Positions 31,300 through 32,000 of a stretch of 32,000 nucleotides of DNA are shown here, in pieces. The stretch's first letter is position 1. Each line of letters begins with the position of its first letter. The stretch covers positions 960,001 to 992,000 of the forward strand of contig NZ_CP045921.1 in NCBI RefSeq assembly GCF_025273655.1, read 5' to 3'. The stretch is from Candidatus Saccharimonadota bacterium. GTDB lineage: Bacteria > Patescibacteriota > Saccharimonadia > Saccharimonadales > Saccharimonadaceae. The position numbers and the translations under genes were made by a program. Under the pieces are notes generated by a model, which saw only the letters and a list, made by a program, of their open reading frames with translations, was not told where the DNA came from and made no database searches.

Positions 31300-31878
31300 C
31301 TATATATACAAAATCCCAAGCGATGCTTCGACCGTAAATTTACGTACAGGATGCGTGCGTCGCCATTCATCAACCGCCTTTGCCGCACCTGGCAGCGCTT
31401 CGTTGGCGTAGTCGTCCACTACTACGATGGCACCTGGCGCAAGGCGCGTCCAGATCAGTCGCAAGGGATCGAGGATAGAATCATAATAGTCTCCATCGAG
31501 AAATGCAAAACTAATTTGCTGCGGCACTTGCTCTGGCGTAATTTCGGAGAACCAGCCTTTGGTGATACGCGGCATAGGCACGTTGGCTTGCTTGAGGTTA
31601 CGGACCAACTCTTTTTTCGTCGCGAGGAGTTCGCCTGCACGAAACTGCTCACCTGCAGGGCTGGCATCTTCTATGCGTTTCTCCGGCAAACCTTCGAAGG
31701 AGTCGTAAAGCCAGAGGTGTTTGCCAGCGTCACGCAGTGTGTCTGCCAAATACACACTTGTCGTGCCCACATAGCAACCAAACTCCACCACATCTCCCGA
31801 CACATCACGCGTCCGCGCCAGTTCACGTAGTACTACCTGTACCTCGCGCTCACTCACTTGGTCGGATAAAAGTTTCAT
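31300..31878 (-). CDS. TylF/MycF-like class I SAM-dependent (O-)methyltransferase
   Basis: VVEFGCYVGTTSVYLA, LWLYDSFEGLP and FAFLDGDYYDSILDPL resemble the macrocin-O-methyltransferase family. I set the start to the ATG at 31878, because the track start at 31917 lies inside the upstream terminator hairpin. Confidence 0.75.
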   Translation of the reverse strand: MKLLSDQVSEREVQVVLRELARTRDVSGDVVEFGCYVGTTSVYLADTLRDAGKHLWLYDSFEGLPEKRIEDASPAGEQFRAGELLATKKELVRNLKQANVPMPRITKGWFSEITPEQVPQQISFAFLDGDYYDSILDPLRLIWTRLAPGAIVVVDDYANEALPGAAKAVDEWRRTHPVRKFTVEASLGILYI

Positions 31879-31895
31879 CTTGTAGCAGTATATCA

Positions 31896-31927
31896 AAATC
31901 GCCCCGTACTTGGACACGGGGCGATTT
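31896..31927 (-). terminator. intrinsic terminator of the gene entering from the right edge
   Basis: On the minus strand: AAATCGCCCCGT-gtccaagt-ACGGGGCGATTT followed by TGAT. Confidence 0.7.
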
Positions 31928-31942
31928 ATGCATGCTAGGATA

Positions 31943-32000
31943 CTAGCGGCCGCGGCCGGTGCTGGTGCCTGGTTTGCGGTTTTTGCTCTTTCGTACGATA
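31943..32000 (-). CDS. 3' end of an unidentified gene with a basic C-terminal tail
   Basis: The minus-strand frame ...IVRKSKNRKPGTSTGRGR* ends at TAG (31945..31943), directly upstream of a terminator. Only 18 codons are visible. Confidence 0.3.
   Translation of the reverse strand, partial: IVRKSKNRKPGTSTGRGR

Overview
A gene-dense 32-kb chromosomal segment, by eye about 50% GC. It uses the standard genetic code: TGA is a real stop, including two ATGA stop/start overlaps. I count about 37 protein-coding genes and two tRNAs with a CAT anticodon, one of them initiator-type. There is no rRNA, CRISPR array, transposase or integrase. The supplied ORF track uses the longest ATG/GTG/TTG start, so many N-termini are over-extended; I re-set starts where an SD, promoter, terminator or neighbouring gene argues for it.

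Recognisable genes:
- Housekeeping: murC, aspS, trmB, an FtsB/DivIC-like protein, a class-IV aminotransferase and a MutY-like glycosylase.
- Transport and ion homeostasis: two MFS transporters (one DHA2 type behind an AbrB-type regulator), CDF, CorA, a DUF21-CBS (CNNM/CorB-like) protein and YihY.
- Envelope and stress: YtxH, DUF948, GlsB/YeaQ, a DsbA-like CPGC oxidoreductase and a lipoprotein.

The content fits a reduced-genome, Gram-positive-like or CPR (Saccharibacteria-like) bacterium, but that taxonomic guess is weak.

Items most worth a second look:
1. A tight cluster of nucleotide salvage and house-cleaning genes at 11.9-15.4 kb. It holds a frameshifted DNPH1-like gene, YjjX, a wHTH plus degenerate-Nudix putative regulator, a CYTH-uridine-kinase fusion and a Nudix hydrolase.
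2. A stand-alone ATP-cone protein translationally coupled to a membrane protein. It is followed by an Lpd/SthA-like flavoprotein that has lost both redox-active cysteines.
3. A GC-rich 180-nt non-coding stretch with two GNRA-capped hairpins, 3' of a tRNA and next to three unrecognisable small genes.
4. Many genes whose -10 box lies only 6-9 nt from the start codon, which suggests leaderless mRNAs, alongside genes with classic AGGAGG sites.
5. Three apparent single-base-deletion frame breaks. Two of them split what looks like one ~550-aa acidic protein.

I do not see a clearly recognisable novel multi-gene system such as a defence system. The candidates above are hypotheses that need database and structure checks.
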